In this document: piece after piece, positions 10,657 through 23,295 of the stretch | How positions within the stretch are numbered: position 1 is the first letter of the stretch | Layout: the number at the start of each line of letters is the position of its first letter | DNA from: Vicugna vicugna | Taxonomy: Eukaryota | Length of the DNA stretch: 64,000 bases | Assembly (NCBI GenBank): GCA_013265495.1 | Contig: MU061538.1 | Location: 2,510,865-2,574,864, forward strand | Reading direction: 5' to 3' | Made by a program: the position numbers and the translations under genes | The notes under the pieces: generated by a model | The model's database searches: none | Seen by the model: the letters and a program-made list of their open reading frames with translations, nothing else | What the model was told of the DNA's origin: nothing

Positions 10657-13199
10657 GTGAGAGAAACCAGAGAGGGTATGAAGGAGAAGGAGGAGGTGGG
10701 ACAAGAAGAGCTGGGGGGAGTGGGAGAGGAGGAAGACGGAGGAAGAAGGATGAGGGCAGAGAAGAAAGAACAGACACGAAAGCAACAAAATGCCATCCCT
10801 GCCTCGCACTCCTTGCTCCGCAAATGTATTCCGTGTGGTGACTCAACACATGGCTCTACCAAACTTGAATCGAATCTGAACATCTCTCACGCCAAAGATG
10901 CGCTCCCAATAACGCACCCTGTGTTGTGTGGGACTCGGTCCACGCGGAACGGAAAACGCCACAAAATCACCCTCGCGCTCATGTCTTTCCTTCCCACTCA
11001 TACTTCTGGGTCCCAAATCACGCAGTTTTGAGAGACTAGATGAGCTTAGGGGTGTCCTGGGGCTGATCCACTGGCCCCTGGATGGGGCACAGCTGATTAC
11101 AAAGCACGGGACACATCTTGCTCTGCAGGACCTGGAGCGTAAGCCCGGGAACCAGAGCAGGGGGTGGTGGAGCTGTTCAGGAAGGAGGCGTCACAGATGG
11201 GCACATAACTGGACTCAAGGGGCCCCTCAACCCGTGGGATGGTCACCTAGGGAGGCATCACAGAGGTCCCACAAGATCAGGACACTTTGCTGTCAAAAGT
11301 GAAGGCGCCCCGTTTCCTGCCTTAAGAATTAAGCAACCACTCAGTGCTCCACCCTGCGTTCTGTTCCGTAGATTTCTCATGAAAAGAATATGAATGAAGA
11401 ATCTTACCCATGAGGGATTTTGCTCAGGACGTAATATCCAGTATAGGAGTGCTGATAGATCTGAAACAGAGAAAAAAAAAATCATTGAGACAAAGGTTGT
11501 GATTGTGCTATTTTTTCAAATCACTGTGAATCTTAATAAACATCACGAGACCAAAAGCAGTTAATCAGGAGACCTGGAGGCAAAGTCTTTTATTTACTTA
11601 GGACGTTAACTTGCATATGTCGTTTGTTTTAGTTTCATCATTTGCGGGTGGTTTACTGGCAGCCAGAGGCTTGATGTCATCTCTATGGCGACCTGGTTGG
11701 TGATTAAATCAGGGCCGCAGATTTCCAGCTCAACTACATGCAGCACAGAGCAGCGAGGACACTGGTCGCAGGGGCTGTCAGACAGCCGGCGGGCCCCGAG
11801 GCAGTAAGACCCACGTGCTATGCGGGTCCCTGTAAACCAGGGCAGATTCCAGTGTGTATCCTCGGTGAGGTGCGACACTGACGCCACAATAGGCTTCCTG
11901 GGGCAAACCCCTGTCCCCCTGTACAATTTGATGTGCATGTTTTAGCTTCAGGGAGTGGTCAATAAACTCAGAACTCGCTGCAAGGGGAGCTTTCAAAACT
12001 AAAGTAACAACAAAAACAGTATTTCCAAACTCCTGTAACCCCCGAATCAGATGTCCCCCTGAAATTCTTGAGCCAGGAGATTACTCCCCAACTATATAAA
12101 CTTGATGACTGGAGTGCAAAGGATACGCCAAAAGAAGGGGTAACATGTCCCCCATCCTCTCGAGCTTTCTGGATAGAGACCCTCCCCGGCGCTGGGTCAC
12201 CCTGCAGGTCGAGGGGAGCCCACATCTCACTTCCTTTCCCTCCACCTGCGGAACCTCTGCGAGTCGGCTCCCTGTGTGGGCACCTGTCCAGTGACGAGCA
12301 TTTGAGAAGCACCTTTGTAAAGGTGGCAGCGGAGGGGCACGCAGGCCGAGGAAGGCAGAGCTGTCGCAGAGCCTGGGCAACCCGGGACGCGCGTGGGCCC
12401 GATGGCGGAAGTGAGCCTGCAGAAGGAAACGTGTAGGATCTGCCGACACCCCTGACTCCTCACCTCCCTGGGCCCCCAGATTACCTTCTAGGAAATCACA
12501 GTGGATCACAGTTTTGGGGAGAAAAAGGACTCAGACATGAAAATGAGTGACAGCACTTCAGGCCCAATGATCTTTTGCTGTCAGTGACCCTGAGACTCCT
12601 GCACTGGAAACGTGGGGCCGGGGCGGCCTGCTGGGGACATTAGACGGGCGTCTGACTGGGAAATTAGTCTGAGCACTGCTCTGGTTTTGCAGAAACAGCC
12701 TCTAAGGAACAAGATCGTAACGAAGAGCCCGGCAGGGCAGCCACAGTGACCACCCAGGAGCACCGGAGCCTCGCTGCTGTCCCCGCGTGAGGCCTGCAGC
12801 TGCTTCCCCAGGAGCAGAAGGGCCTGTGTCCAGCTCCCACGACCCACGCAGGTGGCCGCTCAGAGAGAGCCCCGCAGAGGACCCCGTGCTCTGATCGGAT
12901 GGCGCCCCTGGGAGCTGGACGCTGCCCCGGGTGCCAGCACAGACGCTGGGTGAACCGTCTTACTTCTCCAGCTGCGGCACATGGTGCTGGGTGGGAGCAC
13001 CCCCAACTCCCCTTCCAGAAGGGCCTTTCTGTAGGGTTTACCTCACTCTATTTTCACAGGAGCCCCGGGAAGGCAGACTACCTCTGCTTGTTAAGATGGG
13101 AAAACCAGGTCCAGCAAGGGCAGAGGAGGATGGGGGGAGGGAGGGGGCACCACGAAGCGGGCGGAGAGGAGAGAGGGTGGGTGGAGCCTAGTTCTGTAT

Positions 13200-13633
13200 C
13201 CTTCAATATCGGCGGACTCAGTGACTCACGCAAGTAGAACGTGGCAGCAGTGACGGTGTCAGGCTCTGAGGCCAGGCTGTAAAAGGCCCTGCGGTCACCT
13301 TCTTGCTGCCTTCCGGATCACTGGCTCTGGGGGAGCACAGCTGCCATGTTGTGAGGACGCTCCAGCAGCCCCACAGACAGGACAGGTCCATGTGGCAAGG
13401 GGCCATTAGATCACCCAGAGCCAGCAAGGAACTGGGCAGCCTGGAAGTGGACTCTTCGCCCCAAGTCAGCCTTCAGATGAAGCAGCCCTGGCTGACACCT
13501 GACAGCAGCCCCATGAGAGAATGCAGGTCACAGCCACGTGGACAGGACGGTCCTGAATGCCTGACCCGCAGTAACCAGGGGACAGTTACTAAGCATTGGG
13601 GAGCTTCTTACAAGGCAATAGGTAAATAATATA
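13200..13633 (+). mobile_element. MLT1-family MaLR LTR
   Basis: ctgccatgttgtgaggacgc...ccccaagtcagccttcagatga...aaggcaataggtaaataata. Confidence 0.7.
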
Positions 13634-13769
13634 TCTAGTTTAAATCCAAAGAAAAAAGATAATTATTAAGGCAGATGTGGGTAGATTTATGAGTTGCTGG
13701 GTTCCCTCCCTATAAACTTGCAGCAACTTCCAAAACTAACAGACAGACAATTCCTTATCAAGAGACTGT

Positions 13770-14573
13770 CAGGACACATCACGAGACATGACCTCACACC
13801 TGTCGGAATGGCTATCACCAAGAAGAACACAAATGACAGATGTTGGTGAGGATGTGGAGAAAAAGGACCCCCCCTGCACTGCTGATGGGAATGTAAATTG
13901 CTGCAGCCACCATGGAAAACAGTACGGAGGTTTCTCAGAAAAACCCCAAACTAAAACAGAACCACCACATGACCCAGCAATTCCACCCCTGAGTACATGT
14001 CTAGAGAAAACTAATTCAACAAGACACACGCACCCCAATGCTCACAGTAGCATTATTTACTGGAGCCAAGATGTGGAAGCAACCTGAGTGTCCATCAAGA
14101 GATGACTGGGCACATAAGATGTGGCGGCATGGAATGGAATACTATTCAGCCAGAAAAAGAATGAAATTTTCCACCAGAGCAGCATGGATGGCCTTGGAGG
14201 GCATTATGCTAAGTGAAGTAAGTCAGACAGAGAAAGACAGACACTGTAAGATGTCACTTACATGTGGAATCTAAAAAATATAACAAACTAACAAATATAA
14301 CAAAAAAGAAGCAGACTCACAGATACAGAGAGCAGACTAGTGGTCACCAGCGGGGAGAGTGCGGTGGGAGGGCAGCGCAGTGGGGGGTGAGTAAGAGGTC
14401 CAACGTCTCAGGTATAAAATGAGCTACACGGACGTGCTGTACAGCACGGGGCACACAGCCAGTGTTTTGTAGCAGCTGTAAGTGGAGCATAACCTTTAAA
14501 CGTGTGAACCGCCATATTGTACATCTGTGACTTATACAATGTTGCACAGCAAGTATGCTTCAATTAAAAAAAA
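13770..14573 (+). mobile_element. L1 3' end (ORF2 C-terminus, 3'UTR, A tail)
   Basis: cctcacacctgtcggaatggctatcacc. ORF track gives ALFTGAKMWKQPECPS...MEYYSA. Ends caattaaaaaaaa. Confidence 0.9.
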
Positions 14574-15087
14574 CTGAGTTTCAGTGCATAAGAGGTGGGA
14601 GCTGGGAGAGACATTAGAAACCAAAATACTTGGAGGAAGCCTTTGAAATCACCACAGAGAACAGTCCACAGCGCTGGGGGGGTGGGTGAGAGTGGCCAGC
14701 ATTTTGGGAACTCCCGGCATGAATTCATTCAATCTCAGTGAGACAGGTGTTATTAATCCATCTTTAAGACAGGAAAAGTGAGTCAAACCCAAGCAAGACT
14801 TGATCCGAGGTCTATTTCTCTCTAAATACACATTGGAAATTGCCTCAACAAAGGGGCCGGCTCTTAATGCTCAAGTTACAAGTTCAAGTTGACTGCTGTC
14901 CCCTGAAAAGCCCAGGATACCAACAGATATAATAAATATACACAGTAAGGACCCGTCCTGTCTCTCCCGGTTGAAGGTTTATGTCTTTACTCCACCTGGA
15001 AGCGGTGATTTCGGTTCATTTCCGAGCTGTGACATTCCAAACAGACACAGAGACTTACACCTTTGCACACCTCTTTAAATACTCCAG

Positions 15088-15181
15088 TAAATGGCCCTCA
15101 GAAGCAGCTCTGTGGACACCTTCTGAGTGGAACCAATGAGAAAAGGGAGGACCAAGTTAAAATCACCTTCTAAGGGCGATG
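15088..15181 (+). pseudogene. Stalk exon remnant (94 nt; 93+1)
   Basis: actccag| ... ATG|gtaaga. NGPQKQLCGHLLSGTNEKREDQV, frameshift, KSPSKGD. Confidence 0.45.
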
Positions 15182-15779
15182 GTAAGAAGAAGATGATGAA
15201 AGAGCCATCCACGCACAACCCTGCGTCCGCACTGTCAGGCAACCAGGAAAGCAAGAGCGTGTGCAGGTGGGAACTGCAACAGAGTATCTGGAAAACTGAA
15301 TCGCTAATTGGAACGATTCAAACAAAAGGGGAGAAAGTCAAGGGGAGACCGAGAAGACCGCAGACGCTGGATCTTCCGAGGGCAGCAGAGAAAGCAGCGT
15401 TCCAGGGTGAACGGCGAATGCAAATGGCAGGCCTCAGGTGAAGGTGCAGATGTGACTCAGGTGCTCCTCTCAGAAGACGGGGGAGCGGGAGAAAGACGGC
15501 GCGGTCCTCTCACTGCTCCAGGATAAAGCGATCACATGCCACTCTCTTCCATGAGGCAGTCCCTCAGCCCGGAGCCAAAGAACCACAGGCACAAGGCAGA
15601 CAACTCGGAAAGAGCACACACTCCAGGAGTTCTCATTTGCACCAGGCCTTACCTCCAAAGGTGTAAAAATACAGTATCTCACTGAAAGAATCTATTCCAG
15701 AGAAAACCTTTTTGTTTTTTTTTTCTTTTCCTGTGGTCTCTATTTCTTTATTGTATTTATGTTTCCTTCTTTAAAACAG

Positions 15780-15854
15780 ATTCCAAAGACTTCCCATCAC
15801 GGGAAAAAGTACAAAGAGCTGGAAGTCAGTAAGAGTGCTTCCAGTCACTTTCCT
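15780..15854 (+). pseudogene. Stalk exon remnant (75 nt, phase 1-1)
   Basis: Long polypyrimidine tract, aaacag|, CCT|gtgagt. DSKDFPSREKVQRAGSQ*ECFQSLS, with TAA at 15830-15832. Confidence 0.6.
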
Positions 15855-16239
15855 GTGAGTGCGCTGTGAGTCCGTGAATATGTTACTTTGGTTTCTCTCT
15901 ACGCCATCGAATGTCTCTCGGCAAATGAATGCATGAAACCTTGTTACCCAAAACACCATTCACAAGATGGGAAAACAATTTCCGCGTATTATTTTTTAAT
16001 AGCCCATGCAAAAGAGTTGATGGTGGCATTCATTAATTGGGAAAAAATAACCAGTCAGTTAACAACAAGTCTTGGCGTGATTTCATGTTTGGTCTGCTTC
16101 TTATATTTCTGAAACATCCCTCTGCCCGTGGCTTTCTTTCTCGCCCTCTCCCCTCCATCACCCGCCAAGCTGAACTTTTGAGTTCTCTGTGGACTTCCCC
16201 GCTGTAGCCCCACCATGCACACGGATGCAGACTCACTTT

Positions 16240-16690
16240 AGATCTTCTTCTATGAAATCACCCACTCTTGTAGATTTAAACAGTCATTACCTAAATATTG
16301 GTAACTTCACAGCTCTGTCTCCTCAACTGTAGACCAAGGTACCAGATTTCCACCCAGACATCTCCATCTTCTGCCTCACAGGCATCAGAAAAACTCAATA
16401 TTCTCCAAAATAAACTCTTCAACAGCCCTCAAAACCTAGCTGTCCTTTGACACTTCTTATCTCAGCCAGTGGCTCCCTCATCCATTCAGTAAACTGACCT
16501 GAAAACCTGGTTCTTCTTGACTCCATTCTTTGCCTCCTTCCTTGTCTGGCTCAATTCAGTCTATGCCCCAATTGCTCCGAATTAACTTCTTAAGCCCTTC
16601 CCAAATCCATCACCCACTCCTCATCCCCGTAGCAACTGCCTTACTTCAGACCTCCCTCCCTCCATCCTTCCTTTCCCACAGACGGAAGCT
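16240..16690 (+). mobile_element. L2 fragment
   Basis: ccagacatctccatc...cacaggcatcagaaaaactcaatattctccaaaataaactc. Confidence 0.65.
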
Positions 16691-18723
16691 GCCATGTTCT
16701 TTTCTGAGACTAACCTCTGAGATCTTGACCCCATTCCTTTTGCTGCCTGTTGAATTCTATCGACTCCTCTGCCATGAAATACCTTGTCTTGTATTTTTTC
16801 ACCACTCCCTCTCCATTGTTCCTTCTCAAAAATTTGTAGGCTGTAATTCATATCTCCTATGTTAAAAAAAAAAATCCCTGGTCATATTCCTGCTGCATTT
16901 CTCCTTCTCTTGAACCATGACAGCACTGCATAGGACAGTCCACAATGCTTCACTTCCTGTCACTTTGAACCCACTGCGTTACACCCCGAGCATTCTCCAG
17001 CCGCAGCCTCCAAGTGGCTGTCCCGCCGCCACACACAATGGCGCCTTTGAACTTCCAGTGTGCTCAGCCCCTGCGGTGATACAGCAGGTAGCGGTCCTTT
17101 TCCCTTCCTCATCCCATGACAGGCCCCTGCCCTCCTCCTCTTCCTTCCTTCCTCCTTCCAGCCCGTGTCCTTCCTGGCTGCTGCCACAGACCCTGGGAAG
17201 GGACGCACCAGCCTGCCGCCCTTGGGGGTTCCCCCTTGTTGGTCTGACACCCTTGGTCTGGAAGATCCCGTTCACTCACTTCTGCTGTCCTATGCGGCTT
17301 CTTACTGAATTCATGCTTTTCTGCTTGATCTCGTCTCTTGAGTTATAGACTCATTTTTAAGCTCCTATTGGGTCTTTCTGCGTAGATGTTTTTATCCAAA
17401 ACTCTTACACCAAATTCAGTATTTTGAAAACCGAACAAATTCTTTTCCTACTAAAGAGGTCTCTTCTACGTACTGTTCTTCCATTTACTGGAATCAGCTT
17501 CAGCCGTTCCTTTTCCTTACTTCCTTACTGTCCGTGTGCAGTTGGTTTCAAGTCTCACTAGACTTTGTAACTTTGGCTGGCCCCTCGCCTTTATACCACA
17601 TTCATACCCCAGGAGCACTGCCATCGTTTGGGAGACCTGAGTAACTGCAGCGACCCTCCAGCTGGCCTGCCAGCTTTCCCCCGTGCTCCCTCCGCCCTCC
17701 CACTGCCCGGAGAACTCATTTCTCACCAACGCCCCAGTCCGGAGCAGCGCGGCTGGGGACGGGGCGGTGGGGACGTCTTGGAACAGGTTTGTAGTGGGAC
17801 GCAGCCACCCCTGTGTAGCCATGACCGCTGTGACACAGCTTTACAGTGAGACACAGGCTCAGTTCTCAGCCTGCTAATCACCTGATGAAGGAGATCAGGC
17901 AAACGGCTGAGCCTCTGAGCCTCAGAGAGGTCAGAGCTGTGAGTATTTCATGTAGGAAATTTAAACCACGAGAAAGGAATAAAGAATGCTCTTGCTTAAA
18001 GTTTAAGGAGAATTAAATGATCTAGCTACGAGCATTGCACAGAATCTGCCACACTCGTTTTTTTTCTACTCTTTTGAGCTGTAAGAAAATGGGAATCCCA
18101 CTGGGAAGTGCAATGTTCTAGTTCACGAGACGGGAGAGGTGAGGAAACAGTGGAGACGGCTGCCCTGGGGACTGGGCGCACACTTACTCCATTCATTAGC
18201 GTTCCAATAATGGAGTGGTGAGGTCCCCTGCATAGGTGGAATTCAAGCAGAGCTGGGGCAGTGTGAGGGGTACTGAAGAATGGGTGTGTGCACAGCCAAG
18301 CAGATTGCTCCGGTGGACATCACTACCCCTTTCTTATTTCATCCTATGTTCTATTTACAGAGGAAATTAAACATAGAAGAGGGTACAGGTGAGCTCACAG
18401 TAAGATTCTCCAGAGCTGCATCAGGGCACCATGGATGGAACACGTGGTTAAAGAAATAAGATACAGTTACGTGATGTGAACAGAGTTACAGGGAAAGAGT
18501 AGCAGGAAAAAGACAGTTTGGGCAGGTGGAAAATGCATCTGGAAACTGGATGGCAAAAAAAAAAAAGAAGAAAAATCGTCTGCGTAAGTGACAGAAGAAA
18601 AAAAACCTGAAGGGAAAGAATAAAAACTCTAAAAAGAAGCTGGAAAATGTGAGATTTCTTGGCTTTCAAACTGGAGAAAATTAAGCATTTACCCTTAGGG
18701 TCCATCTCCTCACAATTTTGAAG

Positions 18724-18753
18724 GGCTTATTACCAAAAGAGAAGAAAATTCTG
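18724..18753 (+). pseudogene. Stalk micro-exon (30 nt, phase 1-1)
   Basis: ttttgaag| ... CTG|gtaggt. WLITKREENS. Confidence 0.45.
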
Positions 18754-18929
18754 GTAGGTTCCAGCCGGCGCGGCCACACTCAGGTCTACTGCGAATTAAC
18801 ACAACAGCCCGCCCCCCGGGAGGCAGCAAGCAGTCTGCCTCCCAACCCCAACACGGGCGCCCGGGCCACGACGGACACCTCACGGGAGTAATGCGCTGGA
18901 AGTGCGCCTTTTGTTCCCCAAGAATCTTT

Positions 18930-19090
18930 CCAAAAAAAGCTTTATGGAGGAATAATTGATAGTCAAAGAACTGCACATACTTTGTGTGTACAATCTGATG
19001 AGTTTGGACGTACGCAGACACCTGTGGTGGCATTGCCCCCAACAAGGTGGCAGACGTACCCATCACATCCTAGAGTCCCCTGCTTCCCTG
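18930..19090 (-). mobile_element. L1MB-like 3' fragment
   Basis: aactgcacatactttgtgtgtacaatctgatgagtttggac. Confidence 0.6.
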
Positions 19091-19584
19091 ACGGCCTTTC
19101 AGGCAGGCGGTGAAAGTCGAACAATCAAGTCTGAAGCCCAGGTGCCCCCTATCAGTCACTGTGGGGAGAAGGGAGGCGAGGAAGCATCCCCTCCGTTGCT
19201 CCAAAAACGGCTCTGGAATCGCCGCGCTGACATGGTGAATCCTGAATCCTGACACATCCTTCTGAAACCCTTGCATCCCCATTTCCGTAATTGATTCCAT
19301 CCATCATCATGGTCCATGGCTGTGCCCCCCTCCCCGCGCGGCCGCCGCCTGCCCCCGGGAAGCCCAGGGAGGTTCGCTCTGTGGGATGGCTGACTACCTG
19401 CCGGGTCCTCAGGGCAGGCGAGGCTCCCCCGATTATTCCATCCAGGTCCTTCTTTGAATAATTAAAACAGATGAGCACAGCCCCTTAATATGGGGCTGCG
19501 ACAAGAGCGAGCCAGTTCGTAAGGTCTTTCTGGGAAGAAATGATGAATATCTTGTCTAGAAACTCTTCTCCTTAATGTTTGCAG

Positions 19585-19775
19585 AGACGCTCCCAGCTGA
19601 GGGGTCACTTCTTCCGAGAAGTAAAGCCAAGGGGCCAACACAGCCTAGAGAAGACGACCAGGTTGGCTGGAGACTGGAAAGAAGCCACCTGAGAGACACC
19701 CGGAGCAGGTGGTCCGCCTAGAGGAGCGGAGACGAAGGGGAGAGGGAGGGCTGTCTGCACGCTTTGAGGAGCGTG
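19585..19775 (+). pseudogene. Stalk exon remnant (191 nt; 192-1)
   Basis: ttctccttaatgtttgcag| ... GTG|gtgagt. ETLPAEG...EDDQV, frameshift, LETGKKPPERHPEQVVRLEERRRRGEGGLSARFEER. Confidence 0.6.
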
Positions 19776-20180
19776 GTGAGTAAGGCGCCCAGTGCTGCTC
19801 ATCGCTGGTCACTAAAGCTCCCCAGCACTGCAAAGGCTTCCCAGCCCGTCAATAACGTGCGGAAGCTGAGCTTGCTGGGGCCTCGGGGGAATGCAGGGGG
19901 CGGTGAAACTGAACCTGGAGACCCTAGACTTCCTCCCCATTCAGAGAAGCCTCAAGTCCCAACAGGGACAGCTCCCCCGCCCTCCCCTCCCTCTGCTCCG
20001 GTGGGTGCATCAGTCTAGCTGTGTCTCGCTGTGGGCAGTACCCGCCGGAGCCTGGATCTATGAGTTCAAGCCCTTAGCATGTCACACCTGACAAGCTGCT
20101 GACTGTGACAGTTTTATTTACGTCCCTTCCAGAATTCTGCAGAAATCCCATCTTATGGCAAAGTCAGTCTATTTGTTTTC

Positions 20181-20223
20181 TTTTTTCTTAAGGTAACTAC
20201 CACTGAGCTATACTCTCCTCCCC
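20181..20223 (-). mobile_element. Truncated vic-1-type SINE (5' A-box part)
   Basis: Reverse complement ggggaggagagtatagctcagtggtag followed by an A-rich tail. Confidence 0.55.
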
Positions 20224-20440
20224 TCTATTTGCTTTTTAATCTCCTGTTTAGTTCACGTCTTTCATTGGACACCCTGTGACCCAGCATCGTGCCAGCGTAT
20301 CCGACCTCCTGCTTGGTCTCTGTGAGTTGTAAGTCCTGATGCTGGAGTTGAGGGTGATGGAAAGTTTCCCGAAGGCATCAGTCCTTCCAGAGAAGCTGCT
20401 CCTTTCATCCTTCTGTCAAGCAGAAGGTCATGATCACCTT

Positions 20441-20975
20441 GTGTTTTTTTTTTAATTGAAATTTACTTGATTTACAATGTTGTGTTAGTTTCTGGTGTAA
20501 GACACAGTGATTCAGTCATACATATATATTCATTTTCATATTATTTTTCGTCACAGGTTATGACAAGACACTGAATGTAGCTCCCTGTGCTCTACAGCAG
20601 GTCCTTGTTGTTTATCTCTTTCATATACAGTAGTGTGTGTCTGCTGATCCCGAACTCCTAATTTACCCCTCCCTCCTCTCCCCTTTGGTAACCATAAGTT
20701 TGTTTTTTATGTCTGTGAGTTTTTGTTTTGTAAATAAGTTCACTTGTCTCATTTTTTTTAGATTCCACATATTAAGTGATATCATGGGATATTTGTCTTT
20801 CTCTGTCTAACTTACTTCACTTAGTATGATCATCTCTAGGTCCATCAATAGATATTAGATAAAGTAAATGTGAGATATGAAAATATATATATATATATAT
20901 ATATATAACACACACACATATATATATACACACATACACAATGGAATACTTTTCAGCCACAGAAAAGAATGAAAT
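20441..20975 (-). mobile_element. L1 3' end with 5' inversion
   Basis: PolyT and L1 3'UTR on - to ~20848, then the adjacent upstream L1 segment on +, containing a (TA)n/(CA)n tract. Confidence 0.85.
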
Positions 20976-21587
20976 GCTCCCTCTGTTCTAATGACTGCAT
21001 CTGGTACGCATTTCCTCACACTCTGCCAATTTATTTTATGTCACTGCATTAAGTTAAACTTCTTGCTGTAATGATTTATAAAGAAAAATTTTCTAGAGGC
21101 CCCCAAATAACTAGAAACAAATGGAAATATTTAGTTAAAAAAGAAAAAAGACGTTTTGCCCCAGTGATGTAAGACAGATGTCAGGGAACGACTCCATATA
21201 AACACAGGGTCCTTTGCTTTCCCCGGCTGCACACACCTTCCCTTCCCCGCTATACGGAATGCACAGCTCAGTGTAAGAACCCAGCATGAGTGAAACACAG
21301 CAGACACACAGTTGTCAGTTTCAAAAAGAAATTAAAAACCCTTAAGATTTAGTATCTGTATTTCACCTCGTTTCCTCCCGGAAGAACCGGTCTTCCACCA
21401 AACTTCCTAAATTTGCGAGAGTAGGGACGGTGACTTCCTCTGAACGAACATTCTCTTCAAATGTCTACCTCTGCTCTCCGTCCCGGGCTCGCCCCTAATA
21501 CACCCTAATCCAGCCTTTTGTGACCCATTCATCTAACTTACTAATAGAGCAAGTTTCTTTTCCCCTCTGTGTCCTTCACACATAAAG

Positions 21588-21767
21588 CTCCCCAGTGATC
21601 AGTGACTGTGAGAACATCCCGGTATAAAAACAATATGATTAAAAACGAGGAGGCATCTGAGTCAATACTGTATTCCAGAGGCGAACAGTAAAACTCTCCA
21701 GCTGTGATTTGGATCATGTTCCAAAATATCCATTTCAGGAGCATGTCTGACATCCAGACACAGCCGA
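21588..21767 (+). pseudogene. Stalk exon remnant (180 nt, phase 1-1)
   Basis: Polypyrimidine tract, ataaag|, CGA|gtaagg. APQ*SVTVRTSRYKNNMIKNEEASESILYSRGEQ*NSPAVIW..., with stops at 21596 and 21689. Confidence 0.6.
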
Positions 21768-22182
21768 GTAAGGTGTTTTTTTTTTAAAATCATTTCCTGC
21801 AGTCTCCACTTGGACATTTCAATTCAAGCAGCATGCCCATGTGTCGTAGGCTCATCTCCCGGAAACAAATGAAATCAGTCGTAGCGCTGCTAGGAATAAA
21901 TTCGAAGGAAGCGATCCATGCGGATTTCCTTCCTAACTGATTTTTGAGGACACACACCAGCGCGCCCTGACGACCTCCGGGCTCCGTCACTCCCTGTCCG
22001 GCCACTAGGAAGTGATGCCCAGTTTCCACTTGCCCTGGAAGCCAAGCCCTCCTTCACTGCCTCCGCTGTTCTGTTGTCCTGCCAGCCTTTCTGCTGAAAC
22101 ATTCCTGATTTTGCTGGAGAACATATCTTCTCTTTTCTTGCTCTGTTTACTGTCTTTTCTCACTGCATGGACTGCTCATAAG

Positions 22183-22213
22183 ACCAGCCTTGTGGAGATG
22201 CAGACAAAAATAA
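22183..22213 (+). pseudogene. Stalk micro-exon (31 nt; 30+1)
   Basis: Long pyrimidine tract, ataag|, TAA|gtaagc. NQPCGDADKN. Confidence 0.4.
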
Positions 22214-22503
22214 GTAAGCCTTCCTTACATTGTATACATCTTTAGACTTCACACACCATTTTTCTCCGTCCTTTAACTTGACCCTCATAACACCTGCTCC
22301 TGCGGCTGGAGTGCTTTCTTCTCCCTTTGTCTTTTACATTAAGAAACTGAGGCTCAGAGATGCAAACCCATCGCTCCAAGGTCACATAGCACCGAAGGAA
22401 GAGAAGAGAATGTCTTTGCATGTGTGGCTTGAAGTTGCTTCCACCCTAACTCGCTGGTGAGAAAGCTTCTCCCACCCTAAACCCCCCTTTCCTTCCCAGC
22501 CAG

Positions 22504-22872
22504 AAAGGACAGATCCGTTTCAAGAGAACAATGCTAAGAAGAAAGTGCCTCTGAGGAGAGTAACACTGGAACCACAGCTACCTCGCACACTGCATGAGAC
22601 CGGCTGCCGGCCTCAGAGAACGGCCCAGGGTCCACGCGGTCCTGGGGGTGCAGAGTGAGACAGGAGGGACAGAAGGACCCAGGCCAGAAGGAGGGGCCCA
22701 GCAGGGAGGTGGTGCGCACACCCTTCAGCAAGCCCAGGACTCAGCCGTCTGCACCAGCGGCAGGCGGGGCAGCTCCCGGCCTCTCTGCAGCCTCTCCGAG
22801 CACACTTCATCCTGACCCGTGGTCTCCCAGGACACTGACGGTCAAGTGCACTGGACTCGCTTCCAAGGACAG
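22504..22872 (+). pseudogene. Stalk exon remnant (369 nt, phase 1-1)
   Basis: ccttcccagccag| ... CAG|gtgagg. KRTDPFQENNAKKKVPLRRVTLEPQ..., with two in-frame TGA. Confidence 0.5.
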
Positions 22873-23139
22873 GTGAGGAGGACGTGTGTGAACCTCTGGC
22901 CCGCTTCTCTGGTAGACGGGCGTGGAGGGGATGACAACTACCATCACATAAAGACGAACACCCGCAAGACCCTCCTTCACAAGCTGGAAGCTCCCACATG
23001 CCTCCAGGGGCCCCGGGGCTCTCGGCCAGGTCTCCACCAAAGGCCAGTGATGAGAAGCCAGCCCGTCCTCCCTCCTCCTCTTTCTTCTCCCTCCTCCTCC
23101 CGCTTCTGTTTTATTCTTTGAATCTCTGTACGTGGGTAA

Positions 23140-23295
23140 GACCTACCATACAGCACAGGGAACTCTGTTCAATGTCTTGTAATGAGCTGCAATGGAGAAG
23201 AATCTGAAAACAACGTATGCATGTGTATGCATGACTGAGTCACTCCGCTGTGCCTCTGAAACTGATGTTGTAAATCGACTACACTTCAATAAAAA
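23140..23295 (+). mobile_element. Short L1 3' end
   Basis: acagcacagggaactctgttcaatgtcttgtaat...ctacacttcaataaaaa. Confidence 0.8.

Noticed and set aside
15136..15832. Stand-alone spliced 32-aa ORF MRKGRTKLKSP...
   Set aside because: Better explained as frameshifted internal exons of the pseudogene.
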